Below, piece by piece: positions 27,730 through 36,810 of a DNA stretch of 64,000 bases (position 1 is the first letter of the stretch; each line of letters opens with the position of its first letter). Source of the stretch: an uncultured Ktedonobacterales bacterium. Its GTDB lineage: Bacteria; Chloroflexota; Ktedonobacteria; Ktedonobacterales; DATBGS01. A program made the position numbers and the translations under genes. The notes under the pieces are model-generated. The model did not search any database, was not told where the DNA came from, and saw nothing but the letters and a program-made list of their open reading frames with translations. Where the stretch lies: contig CAZFWN010000007.1 of NCBI GenBank assembly GCA_964522745.1, forward strand, positions 707 to 64,706, given 5' to 3'.

Positions 27730-28524
27730 ATGAAATCGCTGATTGTGATGCCAACCTACAACGAGCGTGAGAATATTAGCGCTATCGTTGAGGAAATTGT
27801 TCGCTATGCCCCCCAGGCCGACCTGCTCATCATTGATGATCATTCGCCTGATGGCACTGGCGAGGTTGCTGATGGTCTGCGCGAGCGGTTCCCGAATGTG
27901 TCCACGATGCACCGAGCGGGAAAGCTGGGCCTGGGGACGGCTTACATTGCTGGCTTCCGCTATGCGATAGAGCATGGCTACGATGTAGTCTTTGAAATGG
28001 ACGCGGATTTCTCGCACGACCCTCGCTATCTGCCGGAGTTTTTAGCGGCAGCCAAGCAGGATGATCTGGTAATTGGTTCGCGCTATATTCGTGGTGGCGG
28101 TACGCCAAACTGGTCACTGCTGCGGCGGTTCGTCAGCGGCGGCGGCAATATCTATGCGCGAATGCTGTTGGGGCTGCCGATCAAAGATGCTACCTCTGGC
28201 TATCGCTGCTACCATACCAAGGTGCTGGCCGCGCTTGATTTAGGTGCGGTGCGCTCCCAGGGGTATGCGTTCCAGGTCGAGATGGCCTATCAGACGCTTA
28301 AACATGGGTTCAGTGTGCGCGAGGTGCCGATCATTTTTGTGGATCGCCGGGTCGGCAAATCCAAAATGTCGCGCAAGATTTTTGTGGAAGCCTTCTTCTA
28401 TGTGCTGCGCGCGCGTTTTGGTCGAGATCAGAGGCCGGTCAAGCAGGTTATGGCAAGCCGGATCACCGAGCCATTAATTTCTTCGACTGCCCCTGATGAG
28501 CAACTGAGTACCTCATCTCGATGA
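27730..28524 (+). CDS. Polyprenol-phosphate mannose synthase-like GT2 (Dpm1/Ppm1-like)
   Basis: 'IVMPTYNERENI', 'IIDDHSPDGT', 'EMDADFSHDP', 'IGSRY' and 'QGYAFQVEM' follow the classic Dpm1 layout. Confidence 0.85.
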   Translation: MKSLIVMPTYNERENISAIVEEIVRYAPQADLLIIDDHSPDGTGEVADGLRERFPNVSTMHRAGKLGLGTAYIAGFRYAIEHGYDVVFEMDADFSHDPRYLPEFLAAAKQDDLVIGSRYIRGGGTPNWSLLRRFVSGGGNIYARMLLGLPIKDATSGYRCYHTKVLAALDLGAVRSQGYAFQVEMAYQTLKHGFSVREVPIIFVDRRVGKSKMSRKIFVEAFFYVLRARFGRDQRPVKQVMASRITEPLISSTAPDEQLSTSSR

Positions 28525-30881
28525 ACGCTGGAGAAGAACCATCCGCTGGCCCACCCTCTGCTACCCATCAGGAGAAGGTGGGCCAGTCGCTTGCACGTCC
28601 ACCCGCTGGCGCTCGCTGGCGCATGCGCGTGGGGGTGGCATGGATAAGCGCGCTCCTCCTGGCCTATTATCTGGTACACCCCCCGCTCTCAGCCAGTTTT
28701 TTGACTACACTGCTCACTCCAGCACACCAGCTTGCTCTGGATTGGCAAATCCCTGCGCGGCTGGCCGGCCATCTCCTTGATCTTCTCATCGCGTTTTGGT
28801 TGCTGGTGCTTGCGGCAGCGCTTGGCCTGCTTCTCTGGCGGCTCTGTCGCCTGCCGGCTGCTGAGGATATGCTGCGAGTGGCGCTGGGAAGTGGCCTGGG
28901 CCTGGGGGCACTTGGCCTGGCAAGCTTTGCGCTGGGTATCGCTGGCTGGCTTTCGTCATGGGGGGGGTGGGCTGGGTTGCTTCTGCTCTCGGTTCTCTGC
29001 GCGCGTGATGGCTGGTGGCTCGCGCGCTGGCTGAGCAGCCAGGCGCACCAGATGCGGCTAGCAATTCGGGCGGGTTCCTGGTTAGATCGTCTGCTCTGGG
29101 GCTATATCCTGCTGACGCTCTTATTGATGGGGCTGGCTGCGCTTTTGCCCCCAACGGCCTGGGACGCGCTCATGTATCATCTGGCGGTGCCGGCTGTCGA
29201 TCACGCGCGCGGATTGGTGCTGCCTGATCCTGCTAATCCTCAGGGCTATCAGCCGGAACTGGTCGAGATGCTCTACCTGGATACGCTGCTGCTGCGCGGC
29301 GATGGCTCTGCGGCACTGATCCATCTGGGCTTTGGTCTCTTGAGCCTGCTCCTGCTTATCGCGCTGGCACGCCGGATAGCAGACCGGGCGCATAGTACGA
29401 CGATGGCGCTGCGCGCTGTGGCGATCTTCTTGAGCATTCCAAGCTTCGTTCTGGTGCTTGGCTGGCCCTATATCGATGGCGCCCTGGTGTATTATGAGCT
29501 TGCGGCTTTGTGCGCGCTGCTTTGCTGGTGGAACGGGCAGAGGCACCAGCATCCTGGCTGGCTTCTGCTCTCAGGGATCTTGCTCGGACTCGCGCTCGAT
29601 ACGAAGTATACGGCGGCGTTTGCTATCGGGGCACTGGGGCTGCTTGTCCTCTGGCATGCCTGGCGAGCGGATGGGGCGCGCCGGGCGCTCTGGCAGGTCA
29701 CTTTGCTGGTTGGTGTGGCGCTGCTGGTTGGCTCGCCCTGGCTGCTGCGTAATCTGCTGTTGATGGGCGATCCAATCTTCCCCTACCATCTGGGGCATCT
29801 TTTCCCGGCGGGGCCATTGTGGGATGATGGGCGTAGCCAGCAGATGACGGAGGGGCCGGGCTGGGGCTGGGGACAGGTCTGGAGGCTGCTCACCTTACCT
29901 CTGGAAGTGACGCTCTATGGCACGCAGGGGTCAGTCGAGTTTGATGCCACGCTTGGCCCAGTGTTGCTGCTCTTACTCCCGCTGGGTTTGCTGGCGGGTT
30001 CTCGCATTCGAGGGCACTCAAATCCACTAAATGTATCGGATACAGCAAATTCATCCGATCCCCCCGCTTCGTCCGCGCGCTCTGACCTGTCCGATCTGTC
30101 CGATCCAACGTGGCATTGGCCGGAACGGCAAGTGATAGGCGTGCTGCTGGCGTTTGCTGCGTTTCAGATGCTCTGTTGGGATATTGAACTCTTCAGCGTG
30201 CATGTTGCTCGCCAGAGCCGCTTATTTTTCCCGCTTTTTGCTGTCCTTGCATTGCCTGCGGCAGTGGCCTGGATGCGCCTGAAGCGTCCGCCTTTGCTGC
30301 TGCCTGGCTTGTATCGCCTGGCTTCAGGCGCGGTAGTTGTCGCACTGGTGTGTGGTTTGCTTGGGCAGATGGCCGGCGTGCTGGGCAATGGAAATGCCCC
30401 GTATCTCTTGGGAGTGCAAAGCCGCCAGTCCTACCTGATCGATCATTTAGACCCCTATTATGCGGCGATGAGCGCTGTGAACGCGCTGCCCGGCGCGGCG
30501 CATGTCCTCTTCCTCTGGGAAGTAAGAAGTTATTATGCCTCCGCTTCGCGCATGGTGCAGCCCGACCCATTTTTAGATACCTTCAACTACTATTACCGCT
30601 ATTGCCCGACGGCTGAAGCGCTGGCCCGCTGTTTTCATCAGGCGGGTTTTACCCATCTTCTTTTGTATGCTCAAGGCTTACAATTAGTGCTGGATGGGCG
30701 CCCAGGCGATGAAACTTCTCAAGAATTGGCTGCGCTCTCTGCTTTCCTTGCGCACTATGCCCGGCCTGTCTATCAAGACAGCGTGCCGATTGTGCGTGAG
30801 GCTCCTGGAAATGCCTCTCTTGGAGTGCAAGTGGTAGGCGAGCGTGGCTGGTATCGGCTCTACGCGCTCACCGGGCCGTGA
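28521..30881 (+). CDS. Large polytopic GT-C-like membrane glycosyltransferase (ArnT/PMT-like), putative
   Basis: 786 aa with at least 12 TM helices and 'WDALMYHLAVP' in the first loop. A Ser/Asp-rich insert 'SDTANSSDPPASSARSDLSDLSDP' is present. A 4-nt ATGA overlap joins it to the Dpm1-like gene. Confidence 0.5.
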   Translation: MNAGEEPSAGPPSATHQEKVGQSLARPPAGARWRMRVGVAWISALLLAYYLVHPPLSASFLTTLLTPAHQLALDWQIPARLAGHLLDLLIAFWLLVLAAALGLLLWRLCRLPAAEDMLRVALGSGLGLGALGLASFALGIAGWLSSWGGWAGLLLLSVLCARDGWWLARWLSSQAHQMRLAIRAGSWLDRLLWGYILLTLLLMGLAALLPPTAWDALMYHLAVPAVDHARGLVLPDPANPQGYQPELVEMLYLDTLLLRGDGSAALIHLGFGLLSLLLLIALARRIADRAHSTTMALRAVAIFLSIPSFVLVLGWPYIDGALVYYELAALCALLCWWNGQRHQHPGWLLLSGILLGLALDTKYTAAFAIGALGLLVLWHAWRADGARRALWQVTLLVGVALLVGSPWLLRNLLLMGDPIFPYHLGHLFPAGPLWDDGRSQQMTEGPGWGWGQVWRLLTLPLEVTLYGTQGSVEFDATLGPVLLLLLPLGLLAGSRIRGHSNPLNVSDTANSSDPPASSARSDLSDLSDPTWHWPERQVIGVLLAFAAFQMLCWDIELFSVHVARQSRLFFPLFAVLALPAAVAWMRLKRPPLLLPGLYRLASGAVVVALVCGLLGQMAGVLGNGNAPYLLGVQSRQSYLIDHLDPYYAAMSAVNALPGAAHVLFLWEVRSYYASASRMVQPDPFLDTFNYYYRYCPTAEALARCFHQAGFTHLLLYAQGLQLVLDGRPGDETSQELAALSAFLAHYARPVYQDSVPIVREAPGNASLGVQVVGERGWYRLYALTGP

Positions 30882-30906
30882 AGAACTCTGCGAATAGCGG
30901 GCCGGC

Positions 30907-32193
30907 TCAGGCAACCCATCCCCAGATCAAGAAGATCAGCAGATAGATGCTTAAAAGCAGACCTGAAGCCAATGCCGCGCCCAGCCTTGCAATTCGGGGC
31001 CAGCGGCTTATGACCATGCCAAGGATGATAAAAGCTGGAAAGAGGGCGAGCATATAGCGGCTGATACTTGTCGTATAGCCATCAGCCGTTACTTTGATAC
31101 TAGAACTGAACCACATCACCGCAAGGAACGTTGCTAATGGGACGTTAAGGCGGCGAAAAGCGACGATGGTGCAGAGCGCAAAAAGCAGAGCAGTCAACGG
31201 ATCGAGCAGCTTGAAGGAGAAGATGAGGCTCAGATCATGCTGGCTGATAAGTGCGCCAATATCCTGGGCGATGCCTTGCCAGGGCCAGGCGTAATGGAGG
31301 CGCCAGGGGCTATTTGTAGAACTGAGCGGCTCCCAGGGGGGTAGGATGCTTTGTGTGAGCCAGATGAACATGACGTAGAGCGCCAGAGCGGCTGGGGCTA
31401 TGCCCAGCCCGAACCAGGATTGCCAGCGCCGCAAGTCGTTTCGATGGATGAGCCAGAGTTCCAGGCCGAGTAGCACCAGCAGGATGATCCCCTGTAATCG
31501 CGTGAGCGTCGCCAGGGCGACCAGTGTTCCAGCCACCAGCCAGTAGCCGCGCCGCGCCGCCAGGTATGAACCAATTGCCAGCGCTAGAAACAGCGCTTCG
31601 GTATAGCCGGCCATCAGGAAAAAAGAGGTAGGAAAGAGCGCCAGCGAGATTACTGAGGCTTTCGCAATGGCTGACGAGCCAGTGAGTTCTTGCGCCAGTT
31701 GGTAGAGTAGATAGCAGGCGGCATAGCTGGCGATGCTGGAGATTACCAGTGCTGCGGCCAGCATATTGCCGCCCAGCACGGTGCCCAGGCCGCGCATCAA
31801 GAGGGGATACAGGGGCATGAATGCTGTGCTGCCGTAGCAGGTGTAGCCATGATTGGCGATCTCTACATACCAGAGTGTATCCCAGCGGCCCCAGATGCCG
31901 ACCAGCGCCCCACCCAGTCCAGTAGATGGCACAAGGTATTGCGGCGGGCAGGAAGTCAGATGCTTATCAAAGACGATCTGGATGAACGTTTTGAAAGAGG
32001 CAGGAGACACAGCCACAGAGAGCGCGACTCCGAGCATGATGCAATACAGGCGAAGCGCTAACCAGACCCCTAGCGCAGTTTTGGCTGCATCACTGTTGAT
32101 CTGTGACTGGATCCAGTCACGTAAGGGATGGGCGTGCTGCGTCTCACCTCGATCGGAAGATTGAGCAGGTATCGGTGTTAGCTCTTTTTTCAT
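30907..32193 (-). CDS. PIG-V-like/GT-C membrane mannosyltransferase family protein
   Basis: I trimmed this from the 656-aa ORF to the ATG at 32193 (MKKELTPI...), because the upstream part overlaps the next gene. 'WGRWDTLWYVEIANHGY' is typical of this family. Confidence 0.6.
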   Translation of the reverse strand: MKKELTPIPAQSSDRGETQHAHPLRDWIQSQINSDAAKTALGVWLALRLYCIMLGVALSVAVSPASFKTFIQIVFDKHLTSCPPQYLVPSTGLGGALVGIWGRWDTLWYVEIANHGYTCYGSTAFMPLYPLLMRGLGTVLGGNMLAAALVISSIASYAACYLLYQLAQELTGSSAIAKASVISLALFPTSFFLMAGYTEALFLALAIGSYLAARRGYWLVAGTLVALATLTRLQGIILLVLLGLELWLIHRNDLRRWQSWFGLGIAPAALALYVMFIWLTQSILPPWEPLSSTNSPWRLHYAWPWQGIAQDIGALISQHDLSLIFSFKLLDPLTALLFALCTIVAFRRLNVPLATFLAVMWFSSSIKVTADGYTTSISRYMLALFPAFIILGMVISRWPRIARLGAALASGLLLSIYLLIFLIWGWVA

Positions 32194-32246
32194 GTGCTGG
32201 TCAGGCTCCTCATAGAAGCTCTTATGGTCATCTGGCGTTTCCCATC

Positions 32247-33746
32247 TCAGCCGCTTGCTGCTTCCCTGGATGAACCTGCTCGTGTGTTTATAAGCGCTGC
32301 CGATAGCTCTTGCTCTTCTGATACCAGCGGCGGCGCTCGAAAGAGTACCGCCAGCGCCAGAACAGGGAGAAACATCGTATAAGAGATCAGGCTGCGCGGG
32401 GCAAGCAGCAACGGCAATGGCGCCAGCACTAGCCAGCACGCATCTGTTGAGGAGGTCTGCCGACTTTTGCCTGTGCGAGCAAATTGGCGGGTGAGATACC
32501 AGCCCAATGCTGTGACATAAGCGAGTATCTCTAGTATCGTATACACCGCTGTCGGGATGATAGGAAGCAAGCCCCCCTGTGCCAGGGTAATCAGTCCAAT
32601 GCCACCAGGAAAAGCCGGTTCGGAGACTGGCAGCAGCATGCTGCTGGCCCAGGCGCCTGGAGAGAGAAGGAAGAATGGCGCGTTGATCCCCAAAAAGACC
32701 AGGCCACACAACAGACCATTCAGCGCCGCTTGCCGCCACCCGGCGCGCCGGGCGATCCAGATGAGATAAAAGGGCACAAACAGCCAGGTCAATTGTTTTA
32801 CCGAGCAGCCGACTCCAAGGATGGCACTGGCGAGCCAGGGATGCCGCTCTTGAGCGCGCCAGGCGCCCAGGATGCACAAGATACAGACAACTTCAAATGA
32901 AGATCGCAAGGTGAGCAAAAGAGCAACGGAAAGGCTGGCGAACAGCAAGAGCGTTTGCCAGTGCTGCCCGCTGGGGGACCAGCGCAGCAGCAAAACCAGC
33001 AGAAGCGCAAGGCAAAGTATATACAGTGGCTGCGTGCTGGGTAGCCCGGCCCAGACGAAGGGCACGGCCAGCAGGAATGCGCCCGCTGGGTAGCTGTGCA
33101 GGGAAGCGGGATCAAACTCTGATCCTGCCTGGCTGGGATGCTGCGCATAGAGATGCAGCAGTCTCAAAACAGTTTGATCTTCAGGGGCAAAAGCGTATTG
33201 GCTGAACTGGCCGCGTTGCAGCGGGGTCGCTCCAGCGTAAGGAAATTGTTGGATCGCTTTCCAGAACCCTGTCTGATCGCTATAAGGGTTCATTCCATGA
33301 AGAATATCTTCTGCCTGGTAATGAATAAAAGCTGCGGCGTCAGAATCATACGTGTCTGGGTCCAGCGGATGCTGGATAAGAAATGTGCCGCTGGTAGCGA
33401 TAGTCCAGAGGACTGCCAACGCGAGCAACCCCACGTAGGCTCCCTGTATCATTCGGCGTATCTTCGTTGCAGGGCCACGCTGAGATGCTGCTTTCGCTTC
33501 TGCTGCACGCTTCTGCTGGTTTGCAAAGCGCCAGAGAGCCAGCCAGAGCAGGGCGACACCCAGCGTGACGCTGCTAAAGCTGATCAGTGCTTTTCCTGGC
33601 GGGAGCATACCAGATGTGCCAATGCTCAGCGTTTCTCCTAACGTTTGCAGAAGCCCCCCGGCGGCGATGAGTATGAATGACTGGTTTATTTCGCCCGCCT
33701 GGTGCGAGGGAGAGAGGTCAGATACCTGGCTTGTGTTCTGTTTCAC
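32247..33746 (-). CDS. DUF2029/GT87-like polytopic membrane glycosyltransferase, putative
   Basis: 499 aa with many TM helices. 'DSDAAAFIHYQAEDILHGMNPY' resembles the Dxx(F/Y)...GxNPY loop of GT87/DUF2029 proteins. Confidence 0.5.
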   Translation of the reverse strand: MKQNTSQVSDLSPSHQAGEINQSFILIAAGGLLQTLGETLSIGTSGMLPPGKALISFSSVTLGVALLWLALWRFANQQKRAAEAKAASQRGPATKIRRMIQGAYVGLLALAVLWTIATSGTFLIQHPLDPDTYDSDAAAFIHYQAEDILHGMNPYSDQTGFWKAIQQFPYAGATPLQRGQFSQYAFAPEDQTVLRLLHLYAQHPSQAGSEFDPASLHSYPAGAFLLAVPFVWAGLPSTQPLYILCLALLLVLLLRWSPSGQHWQTLLLFASLSVALLLTLRSSFEVVCILCILGAWRAQERHPWLASAILGVGCSVKQLTWLFVPFYLIWIARRAGWRQAALNGLLCGLVFLGINAPFFLLSPGAWASSMLLPVSEPAFPGGIGLITLAQGGLLPIIPTAVYTILEILAYVTALGWYLTRQFARTGKSRQTSSTDACWLVLAPLPLLLAPRSLISYTMFLPVLALAVLFRAPPLVSEEQELSAALINTRAGSSREAASG

Positions 33747-33965
33747 TGGCAGAGCGCCTTTACGCGAATGTCGTTGTGTTCGATGCTGCCATTCTACGGA
33801 GCAACGCTCTATCCGTCAAACAATCCGCGCAGATTCGCCGATTGGGCTATGGTTCCCGTGATATGGAGCCAATGGCCGTTCTGGGTGGTTGACAGGTAGT
33901 GGGTGCCCGCGATAGGATGCCGATGCTGTTTTTGAGAACGTATTGTAGAGAGAGGCTGTTTTGGG

Positions 33966-35177
33966 GTGAGCATCATGCCGTTCTTACGTGCCTTCGTGCA
34001 AAAGCCCAGGGTAACGTTCTGGGCGCTGATTGGGCTGGCTCTTGGGCTGCGCCTGATGATTCTGGCCCTCACCAGCGGAGCGGCATATGATCTCGCTTCC
34101 TATCACCTGCAAGCAGCAAGCGTCTTCGCGCACCGCAATGTCTACCTGCTGACTGACCGCTATCCCTATCCGCCGGTGTGGGTCTGGCTGGTGAGTCTGG
34201 CCCAATGGGGGGCGAACATCACCGGCTGGCCTTTTGCCTGGTTTGTCAAACTGCCAGGGGTTGTGGGCGATTGTCTGATTGTGGGGCTGCTCTGGCGGCG
34301 GGGAGGTGCGCGGGCTGCGCTCTTTTATGCGTGTAATCCGGTCTCGCTGTTCATTACGGCTGGTCATGGGCAGTTTGATGGCCTGGTCATGGCGCTGGTG
34401 GTTGCTGCCTGGGTGGCATGGACGAGCCAGAGGCGAATGGCGCTGACCTGGGCGGCGCTGGCGCTGGGTGTTGCAGTGGCTCTCAAGGGGTATCCCCTGG
34501 TTCTACTCCCGGCCTTGATAGTCAAGGCCGATTCACCGCGTCAGCGGCTGCTCGTCACGGGGCTGGCCTTTGTCCCTTTGATTGCTGCTTTGCTTGTCTA
34601 TGGCGCGCTCTTTGGGTGGGAACCAGCAATGGTGACGCACGTACTCGGCTATAGCAGCTATCCGTATTTCGGGTGGGCGCTCTATGCCGATGTGTTTATC
34701 AAGCATATCTGGCCTGCCAGTTTCAGCGCGATTGTTGATGCGCTCTCGCTTGTGGCGCGCGCGGCTATTCTCTTGCTGGCCGGGCTGCTGCTCTGGCGCC
34801 GGCGGGGCTGGCCGCTGGAGCGCCTCTGGCTGACGATCATTTTGGGTATTTATGTGCTGGCGCCAGGGATTGCGGTCCAATACTTTCTTTGGGCACTGCC
34901 GGCGTTGGCTGTGATTGATCGGAAGCGCGGGCTGAGCTATACTGCCTTCTCGTTCCTGGCAATGGTCTTTTTCTACCTGACCCAAGAGCCTGGCGCGTTG
35001 CCCTGGGGCGCGCAGTTGGCAAGTGTTGCACCTCAAGCGGTATGGTTGAGTTGCTATGTGCTGCTCAGTTTGCCCTGGTGGCTTGTGTGCATCTGGCTGC
35101 TGTGGGGCATGCTTCGGGAGCATGATGCTGTAGTGGTAACTCCTGGTGTCGCTGAGGAAATGGCGCTGGCAAAGTGA
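33966..35177 (+). CDS. DUF2029/GT-C-like polytopic membrane glycosyltransferase, putative
   Basis: 403 aa with about 11 TM helices, plus 'YDLASYHLQAASVFAHRNVY...YPYPPVW'. The start is GTG 33966 or ATG 33975. Confidence 0.5.
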   Translation: MSIMPFLRAFVQKPRVTFWALIGLALGLRLMILALTSGAAYDLASYHLQAASVFAHRNVYLLTDRYPYPPVWVWLVSLAQWGANITGWPFAWFVKLPGVVGDCLIVGLLWRRGGARAALFYACNPVSLFITAGHGQFDGLVMALVVAAWVAWTSQRRMALTWAALALGVAVALKGYPLVLLPALIVKADSPRQRLLVTGLAFVPLIAALLVYGALFGWEPAMVTHVLGYSSYPYFGWALYADVFIKHIWPASFSAIVDALSLVARAAILLLAGLLLWRRRGWPLERLWLTIILGIYVLAPGIAVQYFLWALPALAVIDRKRGLSYTAFSFLAMVFFYLTQEPGALPWGAQLASVAPQAVWLSCYVLLSLPWWLVCIWLLWGMLREHDAVVVTPGVAEEMALAK

Positions 35178-35235
35178 GTCGCCAGTCTCTTGCCGCTGGC
35201 CCATATCTATGCTATACTGCATCTGGACCACAGAA

Positions 35236-35321
35236 GGAGAGGTGTCCGAGTGGTTTATGGTACCGCTCTCGAAAAGCGGCAGGCGCAAGCCTCGTGGGTT
35301 CGAATCCCACCCTCTCCGCCA
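35236..35321 (+). tRNA. tRNA-Ser (anticodon CGA), CCA encoded
   Basis: Acceptor GGAGAGG/CCTCTCC, anticodon arm CCGCT-CTCGAAA-AGCGG, long variable arm CAGGCGCAAGCCTCG, T-arm GGGTTCGAATCCC, then G-CCA. Confidence 0.9.
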
Positions 35322-35331
35322 TATGCTTACT

Positions 35332-35414
35332 GGAGGAGTCCCATAGTGGCCTAGTGGGCGCGACTGGAAATCGCGTGTGCGCAAGCACCGTGGGTTCGAA
35401 TCCCACCTCCTCCG
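35332..35414 (+). tRNA. tRNA-Ser (anticodon GGA), CCA not encoded
   Basis: Acceptor GGAGGAG/CTCCTCC, D-stem CCA/TGG, anticodon arm CGCGA-CTGGAAA-TCGCG, long variable arm, T-arm GGGTTCGAATCCC. GCCT follows, not GCCA. Confidence 0.9.
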
Positions 35415-35442
35415 CCTAAACGGGCGTGCGCTCCCGTATCGT

Positions 35443-35470
35443 GGCCGGGTGATAGAAACAACACCCGGCC
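35443..35470 (+). terminator. Hairpin downstream of the tRNA pair
   Basis: GGCCGGGTG / CACCCGGCC forms a 9-bp stem with a 10-nt loop. No T-tract follows. Confidence 0.3.
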
Positions 35471-35531
35471 ATTGCTCTATCATACCGCTCTCTCTGACCA
35501 GGAAAAGATTGTCAGGAAGGAAGAAGAATTC

Positions 35532-36299
35532 ATGCCGGCTGGTTTCCTCCTCTCCATAGTCATTCCGGCGTATAACGAAGAGCAGCGCCTTCCTGACAGT
35601 CTGGCTCAGCTTGGAGCCTATGCCTCGCAACAGCCGTACAGTGTGGAAGTGGTAGTAGTAGATGATGGCAGCGAAGATAGAACGGTTCAGGTTGTAGAGG
35701 CGGCAGCGAACAACTGGCCTGAACTCCACATTCTTCGCTCAGCGCATGCTGGAAAAGGACAAGCGATTAAATGGGGCTTGCTAGCGGCGAGCGGAGACCT
35801 GATCTTTATTTGTGATGCCGATCTCTCTATGCCCATTGAGCAGCTTGCTCGATTTATAACAGCCATGCAGGAGGGAGTGCAGGTGGCTATCGGTTCGCGT
35901 GAAGCGCCGGGCGCGGTTCGCTACGGCGAGCCGACGCTTCGCCATCTGATGGGGCGGGTCTTTAACTGGCTGGTGCGGCATCTGGTCTTGCCTGGAATCC
36001 AGGATAGCCAATGTGGGTTTAAGTGCTTTACGCGAGCGGTGGCGCGCGATCTGGCCTTATGCCAGCAGATCACTGGGTGGGGATTTGATGTGGAACTGCT
36101 TTCCATTGCGCGCGCACGCGGATATAGCATTCGAGAGGTGCCTATCTCCTGGTACTATAAAGCCAGCAGCCGCATTCATCCGCTCCGCGATACGATCCAG
36201 ATGACCCGCGACCTTTTTACGGTGCGACGTAACCATCGAGTGGGTCGCTACGAGCGTGTACCCGAACCAGAGGGCGCCCTTTCTCCTGGCAATCAGTGA
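35532..36299 (+). CDS. GT2 polyprenyl-phosphate glycosyltransferase (Alg5/dolichyl-phosphate glucosyltransferase-like)
   Basis: It carries 'SIVIPAYNEEQRL', 'VVVDDGSEDRT', 'FICDADLSMP' and 'QDSQCGFKCF'. The ATG at 35532 follows GGAAGGAAGAAG; the ORF track start is 35472. Confidence 0.85.
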   Translation: MPAGFLLSIVIPAYNEEQRLPDSLAQLGAYASQQPYSVEVVVVDDGSEDRTVQVVEAAANNWPELHILRSAHAGKGQAIKWGLLAASGDLIFICDADLSMPIEQLARFITAMQEGVQVAIGSREAPGAVRYGEPTLRHLMGRVFNWLVRHLVLPGIQDSQCGFKCFTRAVARDLALCQQITGWGFDVELLSIARARGYSIREVPISWYYKASSRIHPLRDTIQMTRDLFTVRRNHRVGRYERVPEPEGALSPGNQ

Positions 36300-36360
36300 C
36301 CAGAGGAAGGGCGCCTTCTTTGAGAGCATCGGCAAGATAGCCGGCAGCGTAACGAGGGCG

Positions 36361-36783
36361 CTACGAGTGCTGCTCTTCTCCTTCTCGGTGATGGGCGATA
36401 CGCTGATGGTCTTGGCGAACAACGGTGGTGCCGATGGCACGCGCAACGACCAGTGGCGATGGCAGCACATCGGCAGCGGAGTCGCTGATGTCTGGGCGTG
36501 GTCGAATGACTTTACGCGCCTCAAATTCGATCTTGCGTGAGGTGCGGCCTATGTGCGTGATGTGTCCGGTGGCTTCGATGAAATCGCCTGCGAAGATCGG
36601 GGCCAGCAACTCGACCTTTTCATAGCCGGCGAGCAATCCCTCATCGCCGTCGCACAGAATAGCCAGTTCCGTCGCCACGTCCCCAAAGAGCGAAAGGACA
36701 TGCGCCCCATTGACGAGATTGCCGCCATAGTGCGCATCAGACGCGCTCATGCGCACGCGAATAGTGGAGGTGTATTCCCGCAT
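36361..36783 (-). CDS. Hotdog-fold protein, 3-aminobutyryl-CoA ammonia-lyase (Kal)-like
   Basis: 140 aa. '[30 protein letters not shown]...[27 protein letters not shown]...[15 protein letters not shown]' resembles the Kal-type hotdog family as I recall it. Confidence 0.5.
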   Translation of the reverse strand: MREYTSTIRVRMSASDAHYGGNLVNGAHVLSLFGDVATELAILCDGDEGLLAGYEKVELLAPIFAGDFIEATGHITHIGRTSRKIEFEARKVIRPRPDISDSAADVLPSPLVVARAIGTTVVRQDHQRIAHHREGEEQHS

Positions 36784-36810
36784 GCAGATATTGCTCCATT
36801 TCTTGTGGCT

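Noticed and set aside
29990-30115. DNA-level short repeats (TCCGATC x3, 'gtccgatctgtccgatcc') inside the 786-aa GT-C-like gene
   Set aside because: They encode an in-frame Ser/Asp-rich low-complexity loop (SDLSDLSDP). This is most simply codon-level slippage within a linker, not a regulatory or mobile repeat.
32194-32877. N-terminal 228 codons of the 656-aa ORF 30907-32877
   Set aside because: This part overlaps the 3' end of the 32247-33746 gene in another frame, is Arg/Ser/Ala-rich and has no TM helices. The internal ATG at 32193 begins the recognisable PIG-V-like membrane protein, so I trimmed the CDS.
34533-35729. 398-aa minus-strand ORF spanning the end of a GT-C gene, both tRNA-Ser genes and the start of the GT2 gene
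   Set aside because: It is antisense to two unambiguous tRNAs and to two well-supported CDSs. Its composition is Arg/Pro/Gln-rich with no recognisable motif, so it is a GC-driven spurious ORF.
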